Shown in pieces: positions 38,837-48,423 of a stretch of 64,000 nucleotides of DNA. The stretch spans positions 79,058 through 143,057 of the forward strand of contig VBOZ01000033.1 in NCBI GenBank assembly GCA_005893305.1, in the 5' to 3' direction. Position numbers and translations under genes: made by a program. The stretch's first letter is position 1. Each line of letters opens with the position of its first letter. This stretch comes from Candidatus Eiseniibacteriota bacterium (lineage in GTDB: Bacteria; Eisenbacteria; RBG-16-71-46; SZUA-252). Below the pieces are notes generated by a model. The model searched no databases. It saw nothing but the letters and a program-made list of their open reading frames with translations, and had not been told where the DNA came from.

Positions 38837-39730
38837 GAAATGCCTCCTCCACCATGTCGGCGTGGATTCCTACCGTGTCCTCGACGCGGCGCGCGTAGCC
38901 TCCGGCCAGGAAGCAGACGACGGGGATCGATTCCTTCATTGCCGCACCAAAGACCAGCCGGTCCCGCTTGCGCATGTCCTCGCGCGTGAGCCGGAGCCGC
39001 CCCAGCTGATCCTCCTCGAACGGGTCGGCCCCCGCGACGTAGGCGACGAGCTCGGGCCGGTGCTGGGCCAGGATCTTCGGCACCCAGTGATCGAGCGCGG
39101 CCAGGTACGTCGCGCCGTCGACGCCGGCGTCGAGACCGATGTCCTGGTCGCTCGGCGGCTTCACGGCCGGATAGTTGTCCTCTTCATGGATCGAGAACGT
39201 GAATACCGAGGGGTCGTGGCGGAAGATCGCCGCGGTCCCGTTCCCCTGATGCACGTCGACGTCGATGACCGCGGCGCGCCGGATCCGCTTCTCGTGCTGC
39301 AGGTCGCGAATCGCGATCGCGATGTCATTGAAGACGCAAAAACCTTCTCCGTGGTCGGGGAACGCGTGATGAAAACCGCCGGCAAGGTTGATTCCGATCT
39401 TCCGCTCCAGCGCCAGGCGAGCGGCTTGGATGCTCCCTCCCGCGCAGAGGAACGACGCCTCGACGAGCGACTCCGAATAGGGGAGCTCCAGCACCATCTC
39501 CTCGAGCACCGAGAGGTTCCCGGAAACCATCTTGTCGACATAGGCACGGTCGTGCACGCGGAGCACCTGGTCCATGCTGGCCCGCTTTGGCACGACGATC
39601 TCCTCGTCGCGCAGAAGGCCCCGCCGCACGATCTCTTCCCGGGTCAGCTGGAACTTCCGCATCGGAAAGACATGAAGGCCGATCTCGGCGAAGTACGCGT
39701 TCGAGTGGACGATGCCGGGGCGGGTACTCA
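38823..39730 (-). CDS. Histone deacetylase-superfamily protein (AcuC/HDAC-like). Start is ATG 39730; the ORF is open to 40085.
   Basis: GGFHHA, DHGEGFCVFNDIAIAI and IDVDVHQGNGTAAIF are HDAC catalytic-core motifs, with a Q/N variant in the third. Confidence 0.75.
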
Positions 39731-40591
39731 TGGCCCCACGGGTACCAGCCGTCGGAAGAGCACCACGAGCCCCGCGGTCCCGTACGCGAGCGCCAGGGTG
39801 GTGGAAACCGCCGTCCACGTCGCCGGCAGGACGGAGCGTAGGAAGCTCCACCTGGGGAGGTGGGCGAGCGCTCGGAGAATCTCCGATTCGGGGAGTACGA
39901 CCGCCACGTAGAGGAAGCCCCATAGGAAAGCGATCGAGAGGAATCGAGGCCATTCGGGGATGACGCGTCTCAGGAACAGCGCCGCGCTCAGACCGATCGA
40001 GCGCAACGGTCCTCTGTTCTCGAGCAACAGGAAGGGTGCGGCGAAGAGGACGAGGGCGTTCGTGACCGCGAGCCAGGAGCAGCACGCCACCAGCGAGCCG
40101 CGGAGCACGGCCGCTTGCAGCGTTAACAGCGTCTCGGCGTCAAGGGTGCCCCCCGTCGCGAGCACCGCCCGCACCTCACGCATGGTCAGGGTGACGAAGA
40201 GGACCGCGGGCGGGCCGAGCACGACCGCCGCCTGGACCAACCCCGATATCGCGAGGGGGCCTGTTCTCCGGAAGACGACCTGCGCTGCCGTTCGCTCGTT
40301 CGCCGGCTCCCCGAGCTCGAGGGAATCTTGGAGCGGGATGAGGAGGAGGAAACCGATGCTCAGCAGGGAGAACACGACGGCCGTCAGAAGCATCGAGGTC
40401 AGCCCCGGGATCGGCCCGGCAGCTTCGGTGAGCGGTACGGGACCGCGGAAGAATTCCTCCGCCAGGCCGGCCCGCACGAAGCTGACGATCGCCACCGAGA
40501 GGAGAATCCCCGACGCGGGTCGGAGCGACCGGCGGCCGAGCGAGATGGCCGCGCTCAGAGCTTCGGCCGCGCGCAGGAGGGCCCCCTCCAC
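39728..40591 (-). CDS. Multi-TM membrane protein of unknown function (paralog A of a tandem pair)
   Basis: Hydrophobic; conserved block LIPLQDSLELGEPANERTAAQVVFRRTGPLAISGLVQAAVVLGPPAVLFVTL is shared with the next gene. Confidence 0.55.
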   Translation of the reverse strand: MEGALLRAAEALSAAISLGRRSLRPASGILLSVAIVSFVRAGLAEEFFRGPVPLTEAAGPIPGLTSMLLTAVVFSLLSIGFLLLIPLQDSLELGEPANERTAAQVVFRRTGPLAISGLVQAAVVLGPPAVLFVTLTMREVRAVLATGGTLDAETLLTLQAAVLRGSLVACCSWLAVTNALVLFAAPFLLLENRGPLRSIGLSAALFLRRVIPEWPRFLSIAFLWGFLYVAVVLPESEILRALAHLPRWSFLRSVLPATWTAVSTTLALAYGTAGLVVLFRRLVPVGP

Positions 40592-40597
40592 GCCGAT

Positions 40598-41536
40598 CTA
40601 CTCGAAGCGGTAGGGGTTCGCGGCCGGGCGACCTTCCGGCTCGCCGGACGCGTCCGGGTCCGCCACACCCGTGCGCGCCGGGACGGCGGCGCGATAGAGC
40701 ACCATCAGCGCGGCCACCGAGAAGGGGAACAGAAACGCCGACACCGCCGCCTCCCAGATCGCGCCCGCGATCTTGAAAGCGGGGTGATCGACCGAGGCCG
40801 CGGCGCTCACTGCATCCAAGATCCCCGCCGGCAGCGATCCGGCCACGCCCGCGATCACGAGGAGCAGGAGCGCGACGAGGAGCCTGCCCAGGATGCCCCC
40901 GAAATGGCGCCCGACGATCCCGAAGCTCTGGCGAATGCCCGCGAACGGGCCTCGTCCGTCGAGCACCACCAGCGGGATCGTGAAGAGGAGAAAGAGCAGG
41001 ATCACGATCAAGTAGAGGAAGGACGGAGCGAGCGACGCGAGCACCAGCAAGCGGACGAGCTCCTCGGGCTTCGACGGCAGCGCGCCGAGCAGGAGCGCGG
41101 CGCCGGTGAAGAAGAGCGCGGGCGGTCCGACGACGAGAACCGCCTGCGTGATCACCGAGATGACGAGGGGCACGAGCCGCTCCAAGACCAACCGGACGGC
41201 AGCGCCGAACGACCGGGGCTCGCCCCGGAGAATCGAGTCTTGAAGAGGCAGAAACGGCGTGGTGATGAGGACGAGCATCGGAAGGTAGGCGACGATGTAC
41301 ATCGCCGCGGTCAGGACGAGCGTCCTCTCGTCGTAAACGCCGAACGGGGTCGACGAGTCGCGCGATAGGGCGAGGTAGAGCCCCATTCCGAGCCGGTAGA
41401 AATAGAGAAATCCGAGCGCGGGGAGGCCACGGCGCAGCGAGGCGAAGCCCAGCGCGATTACCGCGCGCAGGTAGGTGTCGATGGGTGGGAGCGAGGAGCG
41501 GCCCGCAGGGGCCGCCGTTCCCTGGAGGACCATGGC
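40598..41536 (-). CDS. Multi-TM membrane protein of unknown function (paralog B). Start is ATG 41536; the ORF is open to 41620.
   Basis: FLPLQDSILRGEPRSFGAAVRLVLERLVPLVISVITQAVLVVGPPALFFTG aligns with paralog A. Confidence 0.55.
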   Translation of the reverse strand, partial: AMVLQGTAAPAGRSSLPPIDTYLRAVIALGFASLRRGLPALGFLYFYRLGMGLYLALSRDSSTPFGVYDERTLVLTAAMYIVAYLPMLVLITTPFLPLQDSILRGEPRSFGAAVRLVLERLVPLVISVITQAVLVVGPPALFFTGAALLLGALPSKPEELVRLLVLASLAPSFLYLIVILLFLLFTIPLVVLDGRGPFAGIRQSFGIVGRHFGGILGRLLVALLLLVIAGVAGSLPAGILDAVSAAASVDHPAFKIAGAIWEAAVSAFLFPFSVAALMVLYRAAVPARTGVADPDASGEPEGRPAANPYRFE

Positions 41537-41598
41537 GGCGGATTGTACTCCCCGGCGGGTTGGTCCCCAAGGGGAGTTAGGGTAGAGTCGCGGGCGCC

Positions 41599-44502
41599 AT
41601 GAACCCCGACACGCTCTCACTAGAGTCCCGCGAGGACCTCGAGCTCGATTCCGAGCAGCGCGCCGCCGTCGAGCACGGAGGCGGACCCCTCCTGATCGTG
41701 GCCGGCGCCGGGACCGGGAAAACCATGGTGATCGCGCGCCGGATCGCCCGCCTGATCGAGACCAAGAGGGCCCGCCCGTCGCAGATCCTGGCCCTCGCGT
41801 TCAACGACAAAGCGGTCGCCGAGATGCAGGAACGGGTCGACCTCCTCGTCCCCTACGGCCACGCCGACGTGACGATTCGCACCTTCCACTCCTTCGGAGA
41901 GGAGGTGCTGGCCGGGCACGGGCTGGAGATCGGGATCGCGCCCGGATTCACCGTCCTCGACAAGACGGCGCAGGCGCTTTTCCTGGCCGAGCGGCTCGAG
42001 GAGCTCGGCCTGTCCCACTACGCGCCACTCTCGGACCCGACCAAATATCTGGCTGAGCTCGCGACCTACTTCGGCCGCGCGAAGGACGAGCCGCTCTGGC
42101 CCGACGAGCTGAGGCGCGCCGCAGATGCGATGGAACCGGACGAGCGGGACCGCGCGCTCGAGCTGGCCGAGGCGTACGAACGGTACAACCGGCTGCTCTG
42201 GAAGGGTGGGTTCCTGGACTTCGGCGATCTGCTCGCGCTCACGCTCCGGGTTTTCGACGAAAGCCCCGGCACCCTCCGCCGGTTTCAGGGGCGCTTCCTA
42301 CACGTTCTGGTCGACGAGTTCCAGGACACGAACCCGGTCCAATTCAGGATCGTGTCTCGCCTCACGGCGACCCATCGGAACCTCGTCGTCGTGGGCGACG
42401 ACGACCAGTCGATCTATCGATTCCGGGGCGCGCACTTGAAAAACATCCTCGAGTTCCGCGAGCGCTTTCCCGACACGGCCGAGATCGTGCTGCGACGGAA
42501 TTACCGGAGCACGCGGCAGATCCTCGAGCTCTCCCGCCGGCTCATCCAGGTGAACCAGGAACGCCTCGAGACGCGATACGGCATCGTGAAGGATCTGACG
42601 ACCGAGAAAACTGGGCCCGCGCCGCGGTATCGCGAGTTCGCAAGCGAGAGCGAGGAGGCCGAATGGGTCGCGGGCGAGATCGCGTCGGCGGTCGGGGAGG
42701 GCCGGCGGCGGTGGCGGGATTTTGCCATCCTCGTGCGCACGAACTTGCACGCGGAGCCGTTTCTGAGGGCCCTCGACGAGCGCGGCGCGCCCTACTACTT
42801 CTCGGGAAGCCGCGGTCTCTTCCAGCGCCCCGAGGTGAAGGAGCTGGTCGCGCTCCTCCATTCGATCTTCCAGGAGACCCGGCCGGAGTACCTCTATCTC
42901 CTCGCCTCGGAAGGGTACGCGGTGCCGGAGGACGACCTCTCTCGCCTCATGCACCGGCTGCGCGTCGAGCCGGGGAGCTTCCGCAGCCTCCTCGAGCGCG
43001 CGTCCCGCGGCGCCGCTGTGGTCCCGATCTCGGAGGAAGGACGCGAGCGGCTTCAGCGGATGATCGAGGATCTCCGGATGCTCCAAGAGTTCGCGCGCGG
43101 GAGGCGAACCGGAGAGGTCCTCTATCGATACCTCGAACGCCGCGGAGTCCTGCGCGACCTGGTCGCCTCGGAGCGCTTCGAGGACGAGGCCCGCGCCCGG
43201 AACATCGTCAAATTTTTCTCGATCGTCCGATCGTTCGAGAAGGTGGCCCTCTCAGACCGGGTCGCCCTGTTCCTGCGCCATCTCGATGCGATCCAGGAGT
43301 ACGGGGAGGACCCCGCCGTGGCGGAAATTGATGCCGCGTCGGACGTCGTCCAGGTGCTCACGATCCACAAGGCGAAGGGCCTCGAATTCCCCGCGGTCTA
43401 CCTCGTGCAGCTCGCGGCCGACCGGTTTCCGACCCGATACCGGAGCCAGGCGCTCGCCCTCCCCACCGAGCGCTCGCCCGAGGACGGATCGGAGAGCGCG
43501 TCGCATCGCGAGGAAGAGCGGCGGCTCTGCTACGTCGCGCTCACCCGGGCCCGCGAGGAAGTAACGATGACCTACGCGCGCGACTACGGCGGGATAAGCG
43601 ACCGCGAGCGAAAGCCGAGTCTCTTCCTGCTCGAAGCCTTCGATCTCGGGAAGCCGGTTCCGTCCCGGCGTCGCCGTCGCGCGCTGGAGGAATTGGAGGA
43701 GCACCGGCCCGTGGACGGCGAGGGCGCGCCGCCGCCCGGCCCGCCCACGCCGCGGGAGCCGCTCCAGCTCAGCTTCCGCCGACTCGAGGATTACGAGACC
43801 TGCCCGCTCAAGTACCGCTTCCTGCACGAGATCTCCGTGGAGCCGATCCTGACCAGCGACCACCGCGTGAACTTTGGGAATGCGATCCACCAGGCGGTTG
43901 CGTTCGCGCTGGGACAGCGGATGCGCGGGGAGGTCCCGACCGCCGACCAGATGGTCGATGTGCTACGGCGGGCGTGGCGGAGCGAGGGCTACCGGTCGGA
44001 GGAGCACGAGCGGCGGAGGTTCGAGCAGGGGGAGGAGGCGCTCCGCGCGTTTCTCGCGAGGGAGATCGCTTCGGGGCCGCCGCCCACGGACGTGGAGCGG
44101 CACTTTCGCGTGAAGCTGGACGACGTCATTGTGACCGGGAGCATCGATCGCGTGGAAGAGGGTCCCGACGGGGTCGTCCTGATCGATTACAAGACCTCCG
44201 AGATCGACGACCCGGAGAAGGCCGACGAGAAGGCGAAGGAAAGCCTCCAGCTACACGTCTACGCGCTGGCTTACAGGGAGATGACTGGCCAAACGCCGGT
44301 CCGTCTCGAGCTGCGGTACGTGCTTACCGGGGAGGTTGGAAGCACCGTTCCGACGGAGGATCGCCTGGAGAGGACTCGAGGTCGAATCGCGGCGATCGCC
44401 GATTCGATCCGGGCGGGGAAATTTGAAGCGCGGCCGAGCGAGCGGACCTGCTCGATCTGTGCCTGCCGGCCGATCTGCAAAGACTCGGCCGTGCCGATCT
44501 AG
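41599..44502 (+). CDS. UvrD/PcrA-family SF1 helicase fused to a C-terminal PD-(D/E)xK nuclease domain with a Cys4 (probably 4Fe-4S) cluster (AddB/Cas4-type)
   Basis: N-terminal Walker A LLIVAGAGTGKT and other UvrD motifs. C-terminal domain with ETCPLKY ... CSICACRPIC cysteines and the conserved nuclease core GSIDRVEE...DYKTS. Confidence 0.75.
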   Translation: MNPDTLSLESREDLELDSEQRAAVEHGGGPLLIVAGAGTGKTMVIARRIARLIETKRARPSQILALAFNDKAVAEMQERVDLLVPYGHADVTIRTFHSFGEEVLAGHGLEIGIAPGFTVLDKTAQALFLAERLEELGLSHYAPLSDPTKYLAELATYFGRAKDEPLWPDELRRAADAMEPDERDRALELAEAYERYNRLLWKGGFLDFGDLLALTLRVFDESPGTLRRFQGRFLHVLVDEFQDTNPVQFRIVSRLTATHRNLVVVGDDDQSIYRFRGAHLKNILEFRERFPDTAEIVLRRNYRSTRQILELSRRLIQVNQERLETRYGIVKDLTTEKTGPAPRYREFASESEEAEWVAGEIASAVGEGRRRWRDFAILVRTNLHAEPFLRALDERGAPYYFSGSRGLFQRPEVKELVALLHSIFQETRPEYLYLLASEGYAVPEDDLSRLMHRLRVEPGSFRSLLERASRGAAVVPISEEGRERLQRMIEDLRMLQEFARGRRTGEVLYRYLERRGVLRDLVASERFEDEARARNIVKFFSIVRSFEKVALSDRVALFLRHLDAIQEYGEDPAVAEIDAASDVVQVLTIHKAKGLEFPAVYLVQLAADRFPTRYRSQALALPTERSPEDGSESASHREEERRLCYVALTRAREEVTMTYARDYGGISDRERKPSLFLLEAFDLGKPVPSRRRRRALEELEEHRPVDGEGAPPPGPPTPREPLQLSFRRLEDYETCPLKYRFLHEISVEPILTSDHRVNFGNAIHQAVAFALGQRMRGEVPTADQMVDVLRRAWRSEGYRSEEHERRRFEQGEEALRAFLAREIASGPPPTDVERHFRVKLDDVIVTGSIDRVEEGPDGVVLIDYKTSEIDDPEKADEKAKESLQLHVYALAYREMTGQTPVRLELRYVLTGEVGSTVPTEDRLERTRGRIAAIADSIRAGKFEARPSERTCSICACRPICKDSAVPI

Positions 44503-44623
44503 GCGGCCGTGAAGCCCCTTCGAGTCTAAACGACAATTTGATATCGTTATGGCCCAATCCCCCCCAGCCCCCTGCCGCCGCGTGCGAGAAGGCACAGCCC
44601 GGAACGCAACTCGTGGGACGTAG

Positions 44624-45826
44624 ATGATTCGCGCCATAATCACTTTGTGCCACTTGGGTACCGGAGTTGCTCTCCTCACGTCATTGTTGGCTAGCAGCGC
44701 CTCGGCATCACAGGCGACGTCGAAGCAATCGCTGGCGACTGCGGCAGAACCCTGGGCGATCTATTTCCCGACTGGTGTTTCGGACGTATCCGATGGAATT
44801 CGTTTCGACCTACCCGACTCCCTCAATTCGTTTGCGGTTGCTCGAAGGACACCATACCTGCTGCGACCGAGCAACCCTCCGGGAAAGCCCATGCCGCTGA
44901 AGGGGTGGATGACAGGTGGTTGGGGGTCTCGACCGCCTCGCGCATCTCATCGCCTGGGAATGTTCACCGTCGAGGGCGACAGTTGTTGGCAAGAAGTCTT
45001 CCCTTGGCCATGGACTCAAACGTGCGGCGCACAGTCCGCTCGCTTGGACAGCCTAGAAGAGCACCCGTGCGTCCCGTGCGTTGCGCTCTACGACACCTCA
45101 GGAAATTGTCGCGCGACATTCGTCGGTGCACGCGACCCCGCTTGGTCGCCCGACGGCACCCGACTCGCGTTCCGGACCGTTCGGAACGCAACGGTCTTCG
45201 CCGAAGGCGGTCTGAGAGAATTCCCAGAATCGCCTGAGAGTGTTGTCGTATTCACGCCCTCGACCGGCCTCCACAAGGCTTATCCCGCACCGACTGATGC
45301 CGTCTCGTGGCTGGACGACGAGGCTCTCCTTCTCGAGTTTCAGGGTCTCCGCTACGGGTTAACTCTCGAGAGTGGATACGTCGGTCGCGACCCGAATCAG
45401 AAGCACGTGTTCATGGCGGGCGCCGTGTCTCCCGATGGGAACTACGTCGTCCAGACCGGTCACTGGGGAGACGGAATCTGGGATTTCCAATCGTCGAGGG
45501 CCGGAATCTGGGATGTCCATGGCAAGAAGGACTACTTGCCGGACATCGCGCGAATCGTGGATGCGAGATACGCTAGGCTCTCGCAGAATTCTTTTTGGCT
45601 TCGCGGGAAGGACTACCCCCACCACCTATGCATCGGGGTGGGCCGTCTCACGGTGGGCCCGCAGCACAACATGATCGCCAGGTACCGAGACTGCGAGACG
45701 CTGGTCATCGACGTCGAGAAGCTCATCGTGATCCGGCGGATCGGCGGGGCATTTATCGGGCCGACGGTCGGCGAGCAACACGTCTTGGTGTGGCAGGAAG
45801 GTCGGCTGAAATACTTTCGGCTTTAA
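44624..45826 (+). CDS. Secreted hypothetical protein with weak TolB/PD40-like beta-propeller repeats; lower GC than its surroundings
   Basis: Signal-peptide-like N-terminus MIRAIITLCHLGTGVALLTSLLASSASASQA; two SPDG(T/N) repeats; by eye GC is about 55% against about 69% in the flanks. Confidence 0.5.
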   Translation: MIRAIITLCHLGTGVALLTSLLASSASASQATSKQSLATAAEPWAIYFPTGVSDVSDGIRFDLPDSLNSFAVARRTPYLLRPSNPPGKPMPLKGWMTGGWGSRPPRASHRLGMFTVEGDSCWQEVFPWPWTQTCGAQSARLDSLEEHPCVPCVALYDTSGNCRATFVGARDPAWSPDGTRLAFRTVRNATVFAEGGLREFPESPESVVVFTPSTGLHKAYPAPTDAVSWLDDEALLLEFQGLRYGLTLESGYVGRDPNQKHVFMAGAVSPDGNYVVQTGHWGDGIWDFQSSRAGIWDVHGKKDYLPDIARIVDARYARLSQNSFWLRGKDYPHHLCIGVGRLTVGPQHNMIARYRDCETLVIDVEKLIVIRRIGGAFIGPTVGEQHVLVWQEGRLKYFRL

Positions 45827-45862
45827 GGGCCGGAAATGGGCCTCAAAGCGCGCGGTTGGTCT

Positions 45863-46195
45863 TTAGGCGGCTAGCACCGTGTCCAAAAGCGACGTGATCT
45901 GGTGCTTGGGGACGGCGCCCACGATCTGCTCGACGAGCTTGCCGTTCTTGAAGATATAGAGGCTGGGGATGCTCTGGATCCGGTACTGCGAGGCGATCCG
46001 CTGGTTGGCATCCACGTCGACCTTCGCCACCTTGATCTTCCCCTGGTACTGCCGGGCGACCTCTTCGACGACCGGGGCGACCATGCGACAGGGGCCGCAC
46101 CATTCCGCCCAGAAGTCCACCAGGACCGGAATGTTTGACTTCAGTACTTCCGCGTCAAATGTGCTGTCGCTCACCTGAAGGACGGCGTCGGACAT
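45863..46195 (-). CDS. trxA: Thioredoxin. Start is ATG 46195 (MSDAV); the ORF is open to 46288.
   Basis: [14 protein letters not shown] active site; 110-aa thioredoxin fold. Confidence 0.9.
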   Translation of the reverse strand: MSDAVLQVSDSTFDAEVLKSNIPVLVDFWAEWCGPCRMVAPVVEEVARQYQGKIKVAKVDVDANQRIASQYRIQSIPSLYIFKNGKLVEQIVGAVPKHQITSLLDTVLAA

Positions 46196-46372
46196 GGACC
46201 ATGCTCCTTTATATCGGGTGCTCCGAGTTCGCTCGAACGAGGCGAACGATGGGGCACTCAGGTTATCCACTTTGATGCCGCCGATCAAGGCCGGATTCCG
46301 CGTCCCGACCGTCTCCGTGGGCCGCGGGAGCGGGGTCGGGGCTAGTGGATTTCTCCCGTGGCACCCGTCGCG

Positions 46373-46401
46373 TTGACAGCCCTTCCCGACCTTCCTACAC
46401 T
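46373..46401 (+). promoter_or_regulatory. Sigma-70-type promoter candidate TTGACA-17-TACACT upstream of the ABC-2 transporter operon
   Basis: ttgaca at 46373-46378, a 17-nt spacer, tacact at 46396-46401. The region is intergenic and divergent from trxA. Confidence 0.5.
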
Positions 46402-46454
46402 AAGGGGCTCGTGATCCTAAGCCTACCCCACCCCTCCACGGTCCCGGGGACTGC

Positions 46455-47201
46455 TTGATCGAGGTCCAGAAGCTCCTCAAGACATTTCACGATCGGAAGC
46501 GGGGCGAGGTCGCCGCCGTCCAGGACGTCTCCTTCGTCTGCCCGCCCGGCAAGGTCTTCGGGCTCCTGGGCCGGAACGGCGCGGGCAAAACCACGACGCT
46601 CCGCATGCTCGCCACCATTCTCGTTCCCACTTCGGGCACCGCCAAGGTCGCCGGACACGACATTCTAGAGAAGCCGGCCGAAGTGCGCCGCTCGATCGGC
46701 TACCTGTCGGGAGAGACGAAGCTCTACGATCGCTTGACCGGCCGCGAGCTCTTGACCTATTTCGGCACGCTCGCTTCGATGACCTCCTCGTCGATCGTCG
46801 CGCGGATCGAGGAGCTGCGGGGCCCGTTCGGCCTCAGCGATTTCCTCGATAAGCGTATCGGAAAAATGTCGACGGGCATGAAGCAGCGCCTGTCGATCTC
46901 CAGGGTCGTCTTCCACGATCCCCAAGTCCTCATCTTCGATGAGCCGACGGCGGGGCTCGACGTGATCGGCGCCCGAGCCGTCCTGAGCCTGATCCAGGAT
47001 CTGAAGAAGAAAGGACGGACGGTGATCTTCTCGACGCACATCATGACCGAGGCGGAGCGGATCTGCGACGAGATCGCGATCATCGAGCGCGGGCGAATCC
47101 TCGCGCAGGGGTCCGTGGAGTCGCTGCGGCAGAAATCCAATCAGAGCTCGCTCGAAGACGTCTTCGTCGAGATCGTGGGGAGCGTCGACGGTGAGCGGTA
47201 A
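46455..47201 (+). CDS. ABC transporter ATP-binding protein (ABC-2/NatA-type); TTG start
   Basis: Walker A GLLGRNGAGKTT, signature MSTGMKQRL, Walker B LIFDEPTAGLD. Confidence 0.85.
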   Translation: MIEVQKLLKTFHDRKRGEVAAVQDVSFVCPPGKVFGLLGRNGAGKTTTLRMLATILVPTSGTAKVAGHDILEKPAEVRRSIGYLSGETKLYDRLTGRELLTYFGTLASMTSSSIVARIEELRGPFGLSDFLDKRIGKMSTGMKQRLSISRVVFHDPQVLIFDEPTAGLDVIGARAVLSLIQDLKKKGRTVIFSTHIMTEAERICDEIAIIERGRILAQGSVESLRQKSNQSSLEDVFVEIVGSVDGER

Positions 47202-48381
47202 AATGCTCGCGGTGTTCCGGAAAGAGGTGATCGACACGCTCAGGGACGGGCGGTCGATCTTCGCGATATTCGTCTTCCCGTTTCTTCTCTACCCGGCGAT
47301 GCTCTTCTTCATCTCCTGGATGCACATGAAAGAGGGCGAGGAGGCGAAGGCCCTCGAGGTGCGCGTGGGCGTGGTCGGTGGGGCCACGCTGCCGTTCCTC
47401 GCCGACAGCCTCGCGGCGATGCCCGGCGTGACCGCGGTGCCGCTCGAAGCGGCGCCCGCCTCGATGGATGACGCCCACGTGAACGCGGTGCTGGTCGTGC
47501 CCGCCGGGATTCTCGGGTCGATCGCGCGGGGGGACAGCGCGCGGGTCGAGCTTCTGTACAAGGAGGCGGACAACAAGTCGTCCGCGGCAGCCGCGCGGAT
47601 CGAGCGGATCCTGGACCCGGTACGCCAAGCGCTCACTGTCTCGTGGGCGCAGAGCCACGGCGCGCATACCGACACGCCGCCGCTGTTGGTCGTCGAGAAG
47701 AAGGACGTCTCTCTCAAGAGCGAGATGGGCCGCTACATCGCCGCGCTCCTCATTCCGTACCTCCTCATGGTCATGATGGCGGCCGGCTCGATGCAGACGG
47801 CGATCGACGCGACGACCGGCGAGAAGGAGCGGAGTACGCTCGAGACCCTGCTTGCGACCTCGGCCTCGCGCGCCGAGCTCCTGCTGGGGAAGTGCGCCGC
47901 CGTGATCGCCGCGGCCGTGACGGGCGCGGTCACCGGTATCACCGGGCTCTGGTTCACGTTCGCGGTCGTCGCGAAGGCGTTCCCGGCCATGGGGACCAGC
48001 GAGCTCGAGCTCTCGATCGGGCCCGACAAGCTGATCCTGATCTTCCTGACCCTGCTGCCGACGGCCGTCTTCCTGAGCGCGGTCCTGGTCGCGATAGGCT
48101 GCTTCGCGCGGAGCATGCGGGAGGGCCAGACCTATGCGTCGTACGTCTACATGGTCGCCATCTTCATGGGACTGGGAAGCCTTGGCCAGCAGACGCCTTC
48201 GATGTCTCGATTCTTCATCCCGTTTCTGAATACGGCCCTTCTCCAGCGCGAGATACTCACCAATTCCGTGCAGCTGCTACATGCCGTCGCGGCCGTGGGC
48301 GTGACGACGGCCGCGGCCGCGGTCATGCTCACGATCGCGGTCCGACTATTCTCGAACGAAGCCGTCCTCTTCCGGACCTGA
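47191..48381 (+). CDS. ABC-2 family transporter permease (NatB-like)
   Basis: An N-terminal TM, a large extracytoplasmic loop and C-terminal TMs; overlaps the ATPase gene by 11 nt. Confidence 0.75.
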   Translation: MSGKMLAVFRKEVIDTLRDGRSIFAIFVFPFLLYPAMLFFISWMHMKEGEEAKALEVRVGVVGGATLPFLADSLAAMPGVTAVPLEAAPASMDDAHVNAVLVVPAGILGSIARGDSARVELLYKEADNKSSAAAARIERILDPVRQALTVSWAQSHGAHTDTPPLLVVEKKDVSLKSEMGRYIAALLIPYLLMVMMAAGSMQTAIDATTGEKERSTLETLLATSASRAELLLGKCAAVIAAAVTGAVTGITGLWFTFAVVAKAFPAMGTSELELSIGPDKLILIFLTLLPTAVFLSAVLVAIGCFARSMREGQTYASYVYMVAIFMGLGSLGQQTPSMSRFFIPFLNTALLQREILTNSVQLLHAVAAVGVTTAAAAVMLTIAVRLFSNEAVLFRT

Positions 48382-48423
48382 GGACGAAAAGCCGGGGCCG
48401 ATGGGCGCCCGACCGGAGGAACC

